A DNA stretch of 64,000 nucleotides. Source: the human T2T-CHM13v2.0 reference genome, Homo sapiens. The translations under genes were made by a program, and so were the position numbers. Below, piece after piece: positions 61,585 through 64,000 of the stretch (positions are counted from its first letter, which is position 1; each line of letters opens with the position of its first letter). The notes beneath the pieces are model-generated. The model ran no database searches and was not told where the DNA came from. It worked only from the letters and a program-made list of their open reading frames with translations. The stretch lies in the NCBI RefSeq assembly GCF_009914755.1, contig NC_060925.1. One strand, 5' to 3'.

Positions 61585-62030
61585 GCTATGGCTTAAATTA
61601 ACAGGTTTATTTGATGTGTGTAAAAATATGTTCAGAGATGGACGATCTAGGAGTAGTACAATGACTACATGGTGTCATCAAGGACCCAGGCCCCTTCTGT
61701 CTTTCTGTTCCAACATCTTTAATGCTTTCTCATAGTGACAAAATCATCCAGTCTACCTTCCACACAGAAAAAAGGTGAGATAGTAAAGGGCTGGGAAGCC
61801 ACAGCTATTGCCTTTCTTTAGGAAAGCAAAAGCTTTCCCATAAACCCCCTCTCCCTCCCTCATTGACTGGCACCTGTATCTCATTGGTCAGAAGTGGAGC
61901 ATGTGTTTCCCCTACCTTCAGGGGAGGCTGCAAAACGGAGTTTTTAGCTTTACAACCTCTGATGTAGAAGAAGACAAAGGAGAAAGGAGCTGGAATAAAT
62001 GAGTGAGCCAACCTACAATAACCACCAAAA
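61585..62030 (-). mobile_element. MLT1 (K/L-like) LTR
   Basis: gtcatcaaggacccaggccccttctgtctttctg; tctcattggtcagaa. Confidence 0.65.
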
Positions 62031-62071
62031 GGTTAAAAATAATCCTTTTTTCTGTTTGAAAAGATACGTAA

Positions 62072-62393
<322 letters not shown>

Positions 62394-62777
62394 CATTTGC
62401 AAGTAGTTCTATGAAAAATGGTTAAAATAGAAAATGTGCTTAATAATATTAACTACTTTTCAGTAAGCACTTTCAATATACCAGACTCCTTATTCATCTT
62501 ATATCTAATTCTTCCAACAGTGTTTTAAAATTAATGAAAGAAACAGAGGCCCAGAGAAGGTCAGGAACATGCCATAAAGCCTGAAGCCAGTAAACAAGGG
62601 AGCTGAGGTTTGAAATAGATTCTATGTTAGAGGATCCCTCAGTTAATGACAGGGAATTCAACCAGAACTTATGTCCAAGTAGAGTTAAACACCCCTCTCA
62701 AAACAGCCAGAAAATATATTGATAATGCCTGTTAATGTGAACCTGCAGGTTTTTGCTGTTTGAGAAGCAATGATACC

Positions 62778-63206
62778 TGTTAAAAGGTGAACTGAGGCAC
62801 AATAAAATTTGAAAGAGTTTATTTGCACAAACAGCGACTGATAAATTGAACAACTCCAAGCTGGAAGTGGTTCAGGAGATCCAACCAGGGAACACCAGGG
62901 GAAGGCTTTTCTAGGGCAAACACAGAAGGAAGTAAAGAAAAGAAAACATTTGATTGGTTACTGTTATACAGTTGCCTTATTTGATCTATCTTGCTGGAAA
63001 GTCCTTAGTTAAATAAGTTATTTGGCAGCTTCTGATAGGTTAGTCTTAAGTTTCATTTTTTCTTTAATACAGGCATTTACAAGAAGTAGCACAAGTTTGG
63101 TTTATGTTTGCAAATTGAGCAAAGTTAAGGTCACTTATGAGACCTAATTGGCTTTATCTTCTCAGAGATTCTTCAAGTCTGGTCTCCATTTTAATTTACC
63201 TTTACA
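62778..63206 (-). mobile_element. ERV1 (MER4-group) solo LTR, subfamily uncertain
   Basis: TGT...ACA ends, tttatt and gattgg (antisense AATAAA/CCAAT), 4-bp TSD tacc/tact. Confidence 0.7.
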
Positions 63207-63361
63207 TACTTAATTATTTTTTTAAAAAAAATAAGAAATTTGTTTCTAAGAGATGTGAAGAACTAACATACTGTATCCAGTGCAGCGCCAACTGATTTAC
63301 ACATTTTTAACTATTTTAATCACTCACCTCTGTCATGTAGGTATTAAAATTATTTAGTGCC

Positions 63362-63694
<333 letters not shown>

Positions 63695-64000
63695 TTAGAT
63701 TATCTCATTTCAGGTAAAGATAGGGACTTGCTACCTTTTCTCAGATAAACTCTAAACTGCGCAGTCTTACTCTTGCCTTACCCACTCTGCGTCTCACTCT
63801 GACATTACTCCTTGATCCCAGTCTGCCCTGTTTCACCCTTCAGACTCAACTGCTGTTGTCTTCCTCAATATAATGGGCTTCCCTTGTCTGTGTTTTTGCC
63901 TCCCACTCAGCTGGCCTCTGGAGGGCCCTTCCCCAGGCACAACTGCAGGATGCTTCCAGCTAGTTTAACCCAACCTGGCAGGTGGGACACAGGCAGGTAC

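Overview
Primate (almost certainly human) genomic DNA from inside the adenylate kinase 5 gene (AK5, + strand). Four coding exons (canonical exons 3-6 as I recall the numbering; 3967-4134, 7731-7900, 8006-8119, 50543-50734) splice in frame with GT-AG boundaries and encode most of the first AK domain (P-loop GGPGSGKGT, NMP-binding region, IDGFPR, LID with RxDD). The rest is intron, rich in Alu, L1, L2, MIR, MaLR/ERV LTRs and hAT/Tigger DNA transposons. Repeat subfamily names are from memory of consensus sequences and old-element boundaries are approximate. No RNA genes, CRISPR arrays or prokaryote-type systems were seen, and I found no evidence of a wholly new biological system. The best leads are hypotheses about the 42-kb intron: a MER102-derived acceptor opening a frame-compatible exon with a transmembrane-like segment (23799-24032/24062), a 48-nt poison-exon candidate (26533-26580), and a recursive-splice-like site (23407/8). 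Clear mutational fossils include a nested MLT1 provirus, an internally deleted L1, a twin-primed L1 and a snap-back templated insertion.
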